A model generated the notes under the pieces. It did no database searches and was not told the DNA's origin. It worked only from the letters and a program-made list of their open reading frames with translations. 64,000 nucleotides of DNA from Cenarchaeum sp. (GTDB lineage: Archaea > Thermoproteota > Nitrososphaeria > Nitrososphaerales > Nitrosopumilaceae). Location: assembly GCA_963693095.2 (NCBI GenBank), contig OY843768.1, forward strand, positions 1,216,001-1,280,000, read 5' to 3'. Shown here piece after piece: positions 34,866-49,800 of the stretch. Within the stretch, counting starts at the first letter, position 1, and each line of letters opens with the position of its first letter. The position numbers were made by a program, and so were the translations under genes.

Positions 34866-37800
34866 TCGCCGGCAGCCGTCCTGCCCGCCGTGCTGTCATC
34901 GAGGACGATCCTGATGTACTCGCCAGAGGCTGCCCTGAACGTCGATGCCGTGAACGCGAGTATGTCCTGGAACATGACATTCACAAATGACGCGTTTGCC
35001 TCTAGCGTGTTGCCGCCGCCATCCTGCACGCTTGCGCGCGCGATGCTGACTGTGTGCGCCACGCCCTCGACTGCCGGCGGATCGACGGTGAGGACGACTA
35101 TGCTGTCTGACATGCCTGCCGTGGCGCCGGTGACGGTGAGTCCGGAGACTGTCAGGCCGGCGCGGTTCCTGATGCTGACATCCTCGTTGAACGTGATGTG
35201 GACCTCTGTTGCCGTGTCAAAGACTGCCGAGACTGCCTCTGGCGGGATGGCATCAGCGGCAGTCACGTCAGTCGTCGTCTCTAGCGCGTTGGCCATGTCG
35301 CCCTCCAGGGGCACGTCGGTGAGGCCGTTGGAAGGCATCGTAAAGCTCACAGTCGGCGTGGCGCCCGGTCCCCAGACGGGGAATCGAGCAACATTTGGAT
35401 CAACATAGCCGACATAGAACGGGCCGGTGAACGCAGATGACGCCAGTATCGTGTCGTCGTTCCTCTCAGTACTCATCGGTTGAGGCTCGTCAGCCACCGC
35501 GTTTACGGCCCGCCCTGCGCCATCTGGCGTCACCAGGTCAGATGACGGCACGTCAAGTGTCCACTCTGTCGCCGCCGTCGTGCCCTGGATGGGCTCGCTG
35601 AACGTCACGATGACGTGCGAGGCGTTGAACGTGCGCGCGACATACGTCGGCGGCGTGACGTCAGGCGCATAGTCTGAGGCAGAGCCGCGCTCGATGCTGT
35701 TGCCGTTGGCGTCAGTCACGCGCGTGGGCAGCGTGAGCGCGTACATTACGCGCTCTGTGGCCATGTCCGTCCTCAGCGTGAACGACTCGGCGTTAGCCAC
35801 ATAGTTGACCCTGAGCGAGCCGAGGCGCGGGTTTAGGCTGTTCGTTGGGAGCGTCGTGCCCAGGGAGCCGGCGTTGACAGGCTCGCTCATCGTGACTGTG
35901 ATCATGGTGAGGCTCGTGAACTCTATGGACTCGAGGCTCGGGCGTATGCGGTCCATTGCCGTGACCGTGACGGTGTCAAGCGCGTTGCCGGCTACGTCAA
36001 GGAGCACCGGCGGCGTGCGGGCAGTGAACTCGACTGCCGGCGTCGCCTCGCCGCCTGCAAGCGCGTTGGCCTGCGCGAGGTGCAGCGTGAACTCGTCCCT
36101 CAAGGATGTCGTCTGGTCGCCGACCTGCGCGGCATTGTCAGCAGCGAGGCTTGCTGCCTGCGTGCCGTCTACTGTCCAGTCCGTGTTTGACGTCGTTCCT
36201 GACACGTCCTCGCTAAAGGAGACGGTGAGGCTCTCGAGGCTCACCGTCTGGGCCGTGATCGTCGGCACCGTGCGGTCTATTGCGGGCCGCGTCACCGAGA
36301 GGGCCGTCTCGCGTATCTCGCTCATCGCGCCGCTCACCGCGCCGGTGGCCGACATTACAAAGGTAAAGTCAATGTCCGTCGTGCCGACCTCGACGGTGTA
36401 GCTCGCGGTCCACTCGTCTGTCATGCCGACGCGCGTCATCGTGACTGTATCAGCTGGGGCCGTCTTGCCCACAAAGAGGATCGTCGGCGGCTCGCTGGCG
36501 GACTCATCAAGCGTGACAGATACCCCGATCACGTCTCCGGCGCGCGCATGGCCTGTGTACGGCGCGGCGCGCGGTGTCGTGCCGTCAGACTCGAATACCG
36601 TGTACGATATCGCCGTCGCCATCGGCCCGTCAGTGGCCTCGGCCTCGATGCTCGCAGATACCGCGGCGCGCGCGTTGCCGGCCACGTCAGTGACGGCTGC
36701 AGGTATGGCGATCCTCCACGTGCCTGGCGTCGGCATCACCGTGAACGTTGCTGTCGCCGTGCGATCGCCGTCGTCGTGCGTAAAGGCCTGCCCTGTTGTG
36801 CTGCCGTTTGGCCTCGTGAGCGTTAGCGTGTCAGGTACGCCGTTGACCGGCTCGCTGAACGTGATCGTGAGCGTGCGGTCCGAAAAGGCCGCGTTCGCCG
36901 TCGGCGCGACGCCGTCAGCTGCGGTGACCTGCGCGCCAGAGGGCACGACGTTGCGGCCGGCGTCTGCGAGTCCCGTGCCCGTGTACCTGAGGACCGGCGC
37001 AAATGACGTGTCGGTGATCGTCGTGTACGTGATCGTCACGGTATTGCCCGAGACGTCTGCCAAGGAGATTGCGGCCGTCACGTCAGGCTCCAGCGTCGCG
37101 TCGATGGCGGTCCAGTCGCCTGCCTCAGTGGTTGCCGAGGACGGGAGCGACTCTGAAAGCGTGACTGTGAGCTCGCCTGTCGAGACCGTGGCCGCCGAGC
37201 TCAGGCTGGGCACGCTCGAGTCGACGGTGACGTTCGTGCCCGTCAGGTCGGCCTGCGTGAGCGCCGCCGTGTTGCCGGCAGTGTCGCGTATCGTCAGGCT
37301 GAACGCGAGCGTGCCGCTGGCGTCCGAGTCGAGTATAGTGCGCACGTACGAGTACGCGTTGGACGTGCCTGTGGCCACCGAGTCGGCGGCAGTTGACGTC
37401 CCAAAGAGCGCAATGTCGCCGACTGCCGTGAGGAGCGGCTCGCTGGCCGCGACGTTGACGCGGACGTCGTCATCGATGCCGGCGATCGTGCCCGATGCGG
37501 CGTCGCTGCCCTCGCCCTCGAGCCTCACAGTCGCAGTTACGGTCGCCGTCGGCCGTGCCGTGTCGATCAGGGGCAGCGTTACTGTCGTGCCCGAGGCCAG
37601 GCCGTTCATGTCCGTTATCCTCGCGACGTTGCCGTTGTTGCCGGTGACGAGTATGGAGATGTCCAGCGGGTCTGTGGCCGTGGCGCTGCCATGCTCTGCG
37701 TCCACGACATAATCGTGGCGCCACGTCGAGGCGTCAGCGTCGCCTGCGTCAGTCATGGCCGCCGACGTCGTGCCCCTGCCGGCCAGCGTTATCTGCGGCA

Positions 37801-40800
37801 CCGCAGTCACGTCGTCGTCGAGGTCGAGGGTTATGCGTATCGTGTCGCCTATTCCGGCCAGGTTGGCGTACGTGCCGGACTTGTCGGCCAGCGGCGAGCC
37901 GACCCTCACGGTGAACGTGAGCGTGGAGGCCTCTGGCGGGCTGTACGTCGCGTCCTCGGCGCTCGTGGTGAACGCGATGCCGGCCCTGTCGCGCAGCTCG
38001 GTCGGCAGCGTGACGGTGTGGACGACGTCGGCAGTCGCGCCGTCTACGAGCGTGAGTGTGATCGTGCGGGCCGTGGCGTCATAGTTTACCGGGTCTGTGG
38101 CCGCGAGCGGGACATCGTCCGGATCGGTGCCCGAGTCGGCACCGTCAGGCACAGTCACGTCATACGTGTAGCCCTCTATGGCAAAGTCGGCGCCGGCGAG
38201 TGGCTCAGACAGCGTGATGATGATCGTGTCAGCCTCGGTGAACGCCGCCGAGGAGATCGCCGGCGCCACGCGGTCTATTGTCGGCGGCATCGTCGAGGCC
38301 TCCGTCACCGTGCCCTCCGCACCCGTGTCGCCCGTGACAGTCGCGATGAACGTGAACGCGTTGCCTGTCGCTGCCGTGTCACCCGCGTCTGCCAGAACGG
38401 TGTACTCGGTCGACCAGTCCCTGGCGGTGCTGCCCTGCGTCATCATGACGGAGCTTGTGGAGCCCGCAAGGCGAACCGTGGGTGGCGTGGTGACAGTCTC
38501 GGAGAGCTCGAATGAGAGCACGATCACGTCACCGACGACGGCGTGGTTGTCGTACGGCGCTGTCTTTGCGTTGCCCGTGCTCTGGTCCTGCACCTCATAG
38601 GTGACTGTCGCCGTCGGCGCGTTGGTGCGAATGGCATCCACGGTCACCGTGGCGCGCGCGTTGTCAGAGGCGTCAGTGACCCTATCCGGTATCGTGACCT
38701 GCCACGTGCCGACTGCTATAGGCGTGCTGAGCGCTATTGTCGCAGTATTCGTGCCGTCGGTGTGGTCGACATTGCGCAGGACGGCCGAGCCGGTTGGCGG
38801 CCTGACGCTCAGCGTCGGCATTACGTTGTCGACCGGCTCGCTGAACGTTATGACTATCGAGTTGGCCACAAAGGCCGCCTCAGCCGTCGGGTTTATGCCG
38901 TCAGCGGCGGTGACGGGGCCGCCGCCAAGCGCGTTGCGCGCCGCATCAGCCGGCGCCCCAGAGGACGGCGCCGTGTACGTGACCTCTGGGCTGAACGACG
39001 TGTCCTCGATTCCCGTGTACGTGAGCGTCACGGTACTGCCCGAGACGTCTGCTGTGGAGATGGCGGCCGTCACGGCTGGATCCGTGTCAATTGCCGACCA
39101 GTGTCCGGCATCAGACGTTCCAGTGACTGCCTCGGAGAGCGTGACTGTGAGCGTCGTAGTCGATGCCGTTATCGCAGACACGATGGTCGGCGCGTCGGCA
39201 TCAACGGTGACGTTCGTGCCGTCCACGTCGGCCTGCGTGAGCGTCGCCGTGTTGCCGGCCCTGTCGCGCATCGTCAGGCTGAACGCGAGCGGGCCGTTGG
39301 CATCCGAGTCGAGTATCGTGCGCACGTACGAGTACGCGTTGGACGCGCCGGTATCCACCGAGTCGGCATCAGTCGACGTCCCAAAGAGCGCAATGTCGCC
39401 GACGGCCGTGACGAGCGGCTCGCTGGCCGCGACGTTGACGCGGACGACGTCGTCGATGCCGGCCAGCGTGACAGTGGACGAGTCTGTCGATGCGCCCTCG
39501 AGCCTCACCGTCGTGGTGAGCGACGAGGCCGCCGGTACCGTCCTGTCTATGGCCGGCCGGTCGACCACCAGCGTGCCCACGTGTCCGGTCGTGGCAGTTA
39601 TCGTGCCGGGGTTGTCACCGTCGGTGACCCTTATCGTAAAGTCCAGCTCGGCCGTCTCTGTCGTCGTGGTCGACACGGTGAGGTCATAGCGCCACGTCGT
39701 CGCGTCGCTGTCTGCCCTGTCGTCCATCGATATGCCTGTCGCGCCGGCTATGTCTATGGTCGGCGTGCCAGAGGCGTCCTCGTTGAGCGTGATGTCCAGG
39801 CGGATCGTGTCGTCGATGCCGGCAAAGCCTGCGGCGGCGCCAGTCTTTGCCGGAAGCGTGGCGGCACCGTCATGGACCGTGACGGATATCACCGTGGCCA
39901 TTGGCGGAATCGTGTCCCTCTTTGGCACCGTGACGTCGCTGTCGTCAGTCGCCGCGTCCCCGTCTGGGTTGGATATGGGCACGTACGCGTTAGTCGCCGT
40001 GTCCATGACTGCCGCATCGATGACGACCTTGTACGCCTCGTACGTGTCGTCTGCGCTCAGGCGGATCAAGACCATCGAGGCAGCAGAGTCCGAGGAGCCG
40101 GGCATGTATCTGACTCCGTCATCGTCGTATGTCGCGTCAAGTGTCAGCTCGGCCGAGCGCGTCGCAGGCTCGGTGAACCCATAAACCTCAAAGTTGGCCG
40201 CGACGACGGTGGACATGACAAGACCCTCATTGAACGTGAGCGTTATCGTGCGCGTCGTGTCATCGTGCGACGTGTTGGTGACTGTCGGCGCGACGGCGTC
40301 GACTGTCACGTTCGTGGCCGTCAGGTCGGTCTGCGTGAGCGTCGCCGTGTTGCCCGCAGTGTCAGTCATGGTCAGGCTGAACGCGAGTGGGCCGCTGGCG
40401 TCCGAGTCGAGTATCGTGCGATCGTACGTGTACAGGTTGGACCCGCCGTCCGTGACTGCGTCGGCGTTCACGCCGGTGCGGCCAAAGAAGACAATGTCAG
40501 TGGCGGCCGTGACGAGCTCCTCGCCGGCCGTGAGGCGCACGAGGACATCATCACCGATGGCCGCCACAGTGTTGGCTGCCGCGTCGGCGGACTCCCCTGA
40601 GAGCATTACGGCGGCGGTGAGCGCCGTGGACGTCGGCAGCACCGTGTCGATCTCGGGCAGCGTGACTGTCGTGCCCGAGGCCAGGCCGTTCATGTCCGTT
40701 ATCCTCGCGACGTTGCCGTTTGTGCCGGTGGCGACGATGAGGATGTCCAGCGGGGCCGACGTCGTGGTGCTTGCGTGCGTTGCTTCCACGACGTGGTCGT

Positions 40801-43800
40801 GTCTCCACGTCGAGGCATCAGCGTCGCCTGCGTTGGTCATGGCCACCGATGTCGTGCTCCTGCCTGCCAGCGTTATCTGCGGAGGCGCCGTCACGTCCTC
40901 GTCGAGGTCTAGGTCTATGCGTATCGTGTTGCCGATGCCGGCCAGGTTGGCGTTTGCGTCAGTCTTTGCGGCCAGCGGCGAGCCGGTCATCACGGTGAAC
41001 TCGAGCGTGGAGGCCGCTGGCGGGTCGTACGTCGCGTCATCTGTCCTCGTGGTGAACGCGATGCCTGCCCCGTCGACCAGCGCGGTCGGCAGCTCTACTG
41101 TGTAGGCCACGTCGGCAGTCGCGTCATCCTCGAGCGTTAGCGTGATCGTGAGGGCCGTGGAGTCATAGTTTACCGGGTTTGTGCTTGCCAGATCTATGAC
41201 GTCCCGATTGGCGTCCGCATCGTCCGGCTTGTTCGTGTTGTCAGGGGCAGTCAGGCCGTACGTGTATCCCTCTATGGTCGAGTCGGCTCCGGTGAGGACC
41301 TCAGAGAGCGTGATGACGATCGTGTCAGCCTCGGTGAACTCTGCTGAGGTTATCCTCGGCGCCACGCGGTCTATTGTCGGCGGCGTCGCCAGGGCCTCTG
41401 TCACAGGGCGCGTCGAGCCCGAGTTGCCCTCGATAGTCGCGGTGAACGTGAACGGGCTGCCGGCCGCTGCCGTGTCACCCGTGTCTGCTAGAACGGTGTA
41501 CGTCGCGCGCCACACGTCAGTCGAGCCGACCTGAACCATCGTGACGGGGTTTGTCGTCGCGCCCGCAAAGAGGACAGTCGGCGCCGTGGTGACGGACTCT
41601 GATAGCGTGAGCGAGAGCCTGATCATGTCGTCGACGCGCGCGTGGTTTGCGTACGGCGCGGTGCGCTGCGTTGTGCCGTCAGACTCGAATACCGCATAGG
41701 CTGCCGTCGCAGTCGGCGCCGCGCTGCGCTCGGCAGTGAGACTCGCCGATGCTGCGGCGCGCGCGTTGCCGACCACGTCGGTGACTGCTGGCGGTATGGT
41801 GACCGTCCACGTGCCGGCCTCTATGTCCAAGTCGGTGATGGAGCTTATTGTCACAGTCGTCGCGCCGTCGGTGTGGTCGGCCGTGCGCGAGACTGCCTCC
41901 GTTGTTGGTGGCTTTACGCTCAGCGTTGCCGGCACGTTGTAGACGTTCTCGTCGAACGTTATGACTATCGAGTTGCCCGAGAACACGGCGTCTGCTGTCG
42001 GCTCGACGCGGTCGATTATCGGTGCCGTGGCCGGATCGGCGTTGACGGTGCGCGTCGAGCCCGTGTCGCCCGTGAGCGTCGCGTCAAACGTGAGCCTGCC
42101 GTCTATGCCCGATGCGACAGTCGTCGTCTCTACCTCGTATGACCTCTGCCACTCGTTGGTGTCGCCGACGCGCACCATGTTGCCGCCTGTTGCCGTCCTG
42201 CCCACAAAGGTGACCCTCGGGGCAGTCTCGACGTTCTCGTCGAGCGTGAGCGAGAGGATGATCGTGTCGCCTGCGCGCGCGTGGTTCTGGTACGGCGAGG
42301 GCCTCGCGTTGCCGGTGTCCCGGTCCTGCACCTCGTAGGCGACTGTTGCCATGGGGGCCGCCCTGCGCTCGGCCATGACGCTAGTCGTGGCGCTCGGGTT
42401 GGTCGCCACGTCGGTGACTGTTGTCGGTATGGTGACTGTCCACGTGCCGACTGTTATCGTCGGGGTGAGGTCTATTCTCACAGTCGCCTCGCCGGTGTTG
42501 TGGCGTGGGGTCTCGGTCGTGGTCATGGGCGTGGTCGTAGGCTCCGTGACGCCCATTGTCGTCACGCCGGTGACAGGCTCGCTGAACGTTATGACGATAG
42601 AGTTGCCCGAAAAGGCCGCCGTGGCAGTCGGCGCGACGCCGTCAGTGGCGGGTTGCTGGCTGCCGGACACCAGGGCGTTGCGGCCGGCATCGACTATGCC
42701 CGTGCCCGTGTACTCTACTCTCGGCGCAAATGACGTGTCTGCGATCTTCGCGTACGTGAGAGTCACCGTGCTGCCCGAGACTACCGCCGAGGAGATCATT
42801 GCAGTCGTCGAGCCATCCACTGCAGACCACATGCCGGCTCCCGTGACTGCCTCAGATAGCGTGACTGTGAGCGTCGTGGTGGATGTAGTCGCGGCAGACA
42901 CTATGGTCGGCGCCGTGGTGTCGACTGTCACGCGCGCCCCCGCGTTGCCGTGCGTCAATGCGGAGGCCGCCGCGTTGCCGGCCCTGTCGCGGAACGTGAC
43001 GGTGAACTCGATATCGCCGTCGGTGTCATCCGCCACTATCGTGCGCACGTACGCGTACGCGTTGGTGCCGGTGCTCTCGACAGAGTCGGCGTCCTCTGCG
43101 GCTGAGCCAAAGAGATCAATGTCGGCGACCCGCGCGTCGAGCGCCTCGCTTGCCGTGAGCGTCACGCGAAGCTCGTCGCCGATGCCGGCCGTGGTGACTG
43201 TCGCAGAGTCAGACGATGCGTCCTCGAGTCTCACGCTAGTCGTCACCGTCGCCGTCGGCGCTGTCCTGTCTATGGTCGGCCGACTCGGGCTCAGCGTGCC
43301 CACGTGTCCGGTCGTCGCCGTTATCATGCCGGAGGTTGTGCCGTCGGTGACCGTTATCGTAAAGGCCAGCGCGCCCTCGGTCGTCGTGCCTGACACGTCG
43401 AGGTCATAGCGCCATGTCTTTGCGTCGCTGTCTTCACCGTCATCCATATTCTCGCCAGTCTCGCCGGCCACGTCTATGGTCGGCGTGCCAGAGGCGTCCT
43501 CGTCGAGCGTGATGTCCAGGCGGATCGTGTCGTCGATGCCGGCAAAGGTCGCATACTGGCCGGTCTTTGCCGTGCTCGCGCCCGGCGTGCCGTCGTGGAC
43601 GATGATGGATATCTCTGTTGCCCGCGGGGCAGTCGTGTCGTCCTTTTCGACGTCGATGTCGCTGTCGTCAATCAGGGGGTTGTCATCAGGGTTGACTATG
43701 GGCACGTACGGGTTCGCTTTTGTGTCCGTGACCGAGTCCGTTATGATGACCTTGTAGTCGTCATGGTCGTCGTCGGCGGCGAGCCTGATCGAGACCGTCG

Positions 43801-46800
43801 AGGTCTCAGAGGCCGAGTCGCCGGCCGTGTAGAGGACTCCGTCCGTGTCGTATGTCGTGTCGAGCGCCAGCGCAGATGCGGAGCGCGTATGGGCCGAATC
43901 GTCAAACCCGCGCACCTCAAAGTTGGCCGCCACTGCCGTGGACGCGAGAAGGCCCTCGCTGAACGTGAGCGTTATCTCGCGGTTTGTCTCAGCGTATGTC
44001 GCAGTCATCACGAACGGCGCGACCCCGTCAGTCGCCGTGACGTGCGGGGAGGCCGTGGCAGGCACGACGCCCGGCGCGCCAGAGGCCGTTATCGTTCCCA
44101 TCCCGTCATACTGCACGATAGGCGTGACGCCTGTGCCCATGGTTGGGTAGACGAGCGTTATCGTGTCAGACGGCGTGATCGACACGTCTCCCATGTCCAG
44201 CGTCGCCGACGGCGACGTGGCGGCCGTGTTGTGGGAGCCGGCCCGCAGCGAGGTTGGCTGTACCGAGCCCAGCATCCAGTCCGAGACGCTCGTCTCGCCG
44301 AGGGCCAGTGTGCCGCTGAACGTGACTGCCGTCGTCTCGCGGCTCGTAGTCTGTGCAGACATCACAGTCGGCGTGTTAATCGTCCCGCCCGTCGCCGGCG
44401 CAGTGATCGTGAACGTCGCTGCCGCTGCCAGCGCGTTTGGCGTGCTAGAGGCGTCAGTCACCGTTGTCGGGACCGTCAGCGTGTACCTCGCGTTGGCCGT
44501 CGCGTCGCTTGTCGTGACGTGGACCGTGTATGGCGCGGAGGATCCCATGTTTTCCGCCGAGGAGACCGTGAGGTCCGTGGCACCGCCCAGTCCCACGATG
44601 GTCAGGCCGGTCACGGTGTCAGTGTCAAGGGCCTCGCTGACTGTGAGGACTATGGTCGAGAGGACGCTAAACGCCGCCGAGGAGACCGTTGGCGCGGTGA
44701 GGTCGAGTATGGCGGTGACCGAGCGGCTCCCGGAGGCGACTGCGTTCATTGCCACGTCTGTGACTGCGGCGTCGATGGTGACTGCGTACATGGCAGACTG
44801 TGTAGGCGCGGTGTCCAGGGTAAGGGTCACGTGCGGGGTCGGCGCCGAGGAGGTCGGCGCGACATAGGCGGCGGTGAACGCCACGGCGTTGCTGTTGCTC
44901 ACGAGATCAAAGTTGGCCGTCAGGACGGTGTTGCTGTCGAGTGCCTCGCTGAAGGGTATCCATATGCGGTAGACTGTCGGGTCAGTCGCGTCGCGCCTGA
45001 ACTCTGTGCCGTCAATGACAGTCGGCGGCGTCTCGTCCCGTAATGAGCGCGTCGCGCTCGTATCCGTGGCCGCGAGGGGGTTGTTTGCGTCATCGAACAG
45101 GCCGAACGTGTTTGAGCCAACTGTCGTGCTGGGGAGCGTGACTGTGTGGGCCGTGTCGAGCGCCGAGTCCGAGGCCAGCGTGAGCGTGATTGTCGAGGTG
45201 GTGGCCTGCTCGGCATAGACGGCCGAGCCGGTGAGGGTCACGGTGCCGCTGGGGATCGTTGTGGGGTAGCTGGCAATGTCTGTCGGAACCTCCGCCAGGC
45301 TCACATCACCAGAGCGTTCTCCCGGCTCACGAGCCGTCATGTGTTCGCTGAACGTGATGGTGAGCTCGTCCGTATCGGTGAACATGGAGGACATGACCGT
45401 GGGGGCGGTCTTGTCGATGCGCACGCGGTATCCCGCGTTCGGCACAGCGACGCCGTCACCGTCAGTCGCCCCTGTCGTGAGATCCTCGTGCGTGAACGTC
45501 GCGGTGTTGCCTACGACATCGCGCACCGTGAGCTCGAACGTGACGAGACCCTCCGGCGATCCAGCTCCGACATGGTGTGAATAGTTGTAATACCCGAGAC
45601 CGGCGTCGACGGCACGCTGACCCGTCACCTCAAAGGCCGTGTCGGGGAAGAACCTGATGTCGGCGGGCGCAACGGTGTCGCCGGCGCCACCGGTAATACT
45701 GTCACCCAAGATGGGCCTGTTATCCACGTAGAGGGTCTCGGTGGGATCTATGCGCACCCACACGCCTTCAGTACTTTCACTGCTCAGGCCGGCCGGCGCA
45801 ATTGGCACTCTTGGATCCAGACTGTTCTCCCTTGTTCGCATAGTCAGCGAGTCGCCGACGTCGAGCGCCGGCGGCACGCCGTCTGCGGCGTCAACAGGGT
45901 CTGCCGGCACGGCAGTCGTGCCGGCCACCAGGGCGGCGGACGCCGGTGGCGTGTACGTGACTATTGGTACGGAGGCCGTGTTGGAGAGCTCTGCGTGCGT
46001 GATGAGCAGCGACGTGACGGCCGGGGTGGAGCCCAGCACCTGCATGACTGCCGGTGTCGAGCCATCAACTGGCGTCGCGGTGACCTGGTTCATCCCGTCG
46101 GCAGTCACCGTCGCGATGCTCGATATGGCAAGGCTCGCGGCGGCCTCGGGGGCCGCCTCGTTGAGCGCCCAGTCGGCCACGTCGAGCGTGCCGGTGAGGC
46201 TCCCGTCGTCAAACGTGACGAGCGTCGTGGTGGCCGTCCTTGTTCTGGCGTCAAGCGGCCAGTCGTACACTGCGGTAGCCGACATGATGCCACCTGTTTC
46301 AGGCTGGCTGTTAAAGTTCCTGACAGCGTGGTCGGGGTTAACCGTGTACACCCTGCCAGGCATGGTGTCAACGCTGCTGTCCAGCGTGAGCGTGTACGTG
46401 TCCGAGGACGTGCGCTCGGCGGACTCTACGGCCAGGCTGCCCCTCGGCGATGTCACCGTCCACTCGTCGTCTGTCGCATAGTTCGCGACGCCAGTCACGA
46501 ACACGACATCCTCGCTGAACGTGACTGTGATCGTGTGCTCACCCGCAAATGCGGCCGACGTGATCGTGGGATGCGTCGTGTCCCCTGCCATGGCCACCGT
46601 GCTGCCGGTCTGCACCCTGTTGGGCGTGTCCCCTTGGGGCACCACGTCGGTGAGGCCTCCGGTCGCCGGCTGCGTGTATGTCACCGTGGGCGTGTCAGTG
46701 AGCGCCAGGAATGGGTCGGTTTTGAGGGCACCGACATACAGCAGGCCGTCGAACTCGTGGGCGGCCAGTATGGTGGCGCTGCCCTTGAGGCGCGGAGCAT

Positions 46801-49800
46801 TGTTGCCCGCACCAGGATCCTGAGTCGCCGTGACCAGCGTCGGCGTGGTGGTGCCCGTCTTGACGATCGCCCAGTCTGCCACGGCGGTCATGCCCTGTAT
46901 GGGCTCGTCGAACTTTACTGCGACGTGTGTGGTGTTGAACACGCGCGCCGTGAACGTCGGCGCCGTGGTGTCAGTTTGCGTCGACGCCGTGTACGTCGCC
47001 GTCGTCATGGCGTCGGCGTCTATCGCGTTGGCCGCGGATGAGACGTCGGCTATCGCGTTGGCCGCGTGGATCGTGTGCTCCATGCCGGCGGCCACGCCGG
47101 TGGTGAGCTCCAGCGTGTACGTCGAGTCGTCCGTGCGCGCCGCCGAGTCCAGGCCGACGGGGGTGCTGCCGAGCTCCACCGACCAGCCGGCGTCTCCCAT
47201 AATGGTAGTCACGTTGGTCACGTCCTCGGTGAACGTGACTTCGATCATGTCTGCGGCCGTGAACCTGGCCGAGTCGATGGACGGGTCGATCATGTCGGCC
47301 GCTGTGACGTGGGGCGAGAGCGTCGTGGCGAGCGGGGTGCCGGCGGCGTTGTCCAGCGAGTTGGCGTTGGTGCCTGTCGGCCGCGTGTACGTCACTATCG
47401 GCGTCGCGTCGGCGTCCTGCGCGTTGAGCGACGCGAGCGTGAGCGTGAGCGTCATGGTTGCCGTCCCTATCGTGAGCGTCGTGCCGGCGTCTACTGGCGA
47501 GCCGCCTGCTGCCACCGAGGCCGGCGCCACGTTGGCGACCCTCCACTCGTCGGCGTCCGTCTCGCCGTCAAGCACCGCAGAGAACGTGACGATGACTGAC
47601 GTCGGCGTGTCAAGCGTCGCGCCCGTTATCGTCGGCGCCGGCGCCGTGTACTGCAATGTCCTCTCCACGGCCGCAAACGCGTTGTCGGCCAGGTCGAGGA
47701 TCGTGGCCGGCACCTTTACGAGATAGCCCCCGTTCGTGTCAGCGTTGACGTTTATGGTGACAGTCATGCCGCTCGCCGTTGCACCGTACGGCGTCAGGCT
47801 TCCGGACGGGGGCGTGACTGATATGTCGCCGGTGACCGTGACGGTCTCGCTGAACGTGAGGACGATGTCATTGCCCACAAACGCCGAGCTCACAAACGTC
47901 GGCGCGACGCGGTCGATCGTCGGCGGCGTCGTAGCCGACAGGGTCGTCTCGTCCACAGGGCGCGTCGAGCCCGAGGCAGCCGTCACCGTCGCGTCAAACG
48001 TGAACGCGCCCTCTATGGAGCCCGTAGTCTCGACGAGGTACGACGCGCGCCACTCGTTGATCCCGGTGACTTGGGTCATCGGTACTGCGTCAGCAGTGGC
48101 AGTCTTGCCCACAAAGAGAACGCTAACCGAGCTCGCCGCGCCGTCAAGCGTGATCGAGAGCCTGATCGTGTCACCGGCGCGCGCGTGCGAGGCGTACGGC
48201 GAAGCCCTCTCGGTGGTCGTTGTGCCCTCAAAGACCGTGTACGCCACGGCAGTCGCCATCGGCGCGGCAGTCGGCGTGTACGTCGCAGTCGCGTCAGTGG
48301 CAGCAAAGACGGAGCCGGTGGCAAGCGAGCCGGCGTTGCTGACGTACGCGTTGCCCCTGACGTCGGTGACTGACGTGGACGGCCTGATGACATAGAGGCC
48401 GTTTTCAGTCGCCGACTCGGCGAGGTTTAGCGCAATAGTCGTCGTGCCGGCCGTGTACTCTACAGGCGTCGTCGTGCCGAGCGCGAGAATGTCGCGCAGG
48501 CTGCCCGCATCAGAACCGTCCGGACCGCTGATCTCAAAGTTGGCCACCACGACGGTATCGGCGTCGAGGGCCTCGCTGGGCGTGAGCGTGATCGTGTCAG
48601 CATCAAGGAAGGCCGCCGTGAACGTCGGCGATGCCGCATCACCCAGTGCGCCTGCGCTCACCGTGGCTCCAGGCGCTGCAAGCACCGTCGTGTCGTCTCC
48701 GGTGCCCGATGAGAGAACCGGCGAGGACTGGCCGGTCGACCCGGTGTACGTGACTGACTCCCTTGCCGCCGTGCCGGCGTCTGCGTGGGTCAGCGTGAGC
48801 GTATAGTCGTCATCGAGCGTCTGCGTGGCTGCGCCATCAGGGGCGACTCCCGTGGCCGGCGCGCCGTTTACCGCCCACTCGGCCGCCACCGTTGTCCCGG
48901 AGACTGGCAGGCTGAACGTGACGAGGGTCTGCGTGGCTGACGTGCTTGCCGCGACGAACGTGAGTGGCGGCTCGGTCGTGGTGGCCCCAAACTGCGTCAT
49001 GTGGCGCGTCCAGATGATGACGTCGGTGCCGTCCTCAAAGTAACAGTCCTCGCCGGCGCCAAGCGTCGGCGCAGCCGTGAGCGTCACGCTGTCTGCGCAC
49101 TCTGGGACGGCGTTGACAACGTTGTCAGCGGCACCGGAGAGATAGAACGCGCGCATGGCGCCGGTGCTCGACGCATCGCCGGCTATGCGCAGCGATGCGG
49201 GCGCCGAGAGCGATATGCCCAATGACTCGCTGCCTACCTCCACGAGCGGGACCGAGGAGAGCGCGTCGCCGCGCGCGCCAAGTGCCCTTGCGGCCGCGTC
49301 AGACTCGATGATCGCCGTGATGGCGGCCGCTGCCGCAGTGTCCGCGTCAGTCGGCGACGTGGTTGGAGCCGAGTATGTCTCATCCTTGTCGAGTGCGGCG
49401 CGCTCCAGGAGGACCGCCTCGGGAGCGCTGCCAAACGTGAACGTCGTTGCCGACGCGATGACGAGCTCGGCGCCGTCAATTCTCGCAGTTATCGGCGCGT
49501 CGACTGTGTCAGGATCCGTGCCGGTTCCCTTCACGCCATCAAGACTGTCGAGGTTGAGCGTCAGGCCAGTCGCGCGTGGGGGCTCTATGGTCTCCAGCGT
49601 GTACGTGCCTGCCTGCAGTGCGGCCCGCATCGATATGCTCACTGATGTCGCCGACGTCGCCGACGTCGCCGTCGTCGAGGCGATCGTGTGGTACTGCTGT
49701 GCGCCGGCCGGTCCGACGATCCTAAAGGCCTGCGGACCTGCAGAGGTCGTGTCGATCGCCGACGTGAGCGTCGCGACGACTGTCTGCGCGCCAGACGGCG

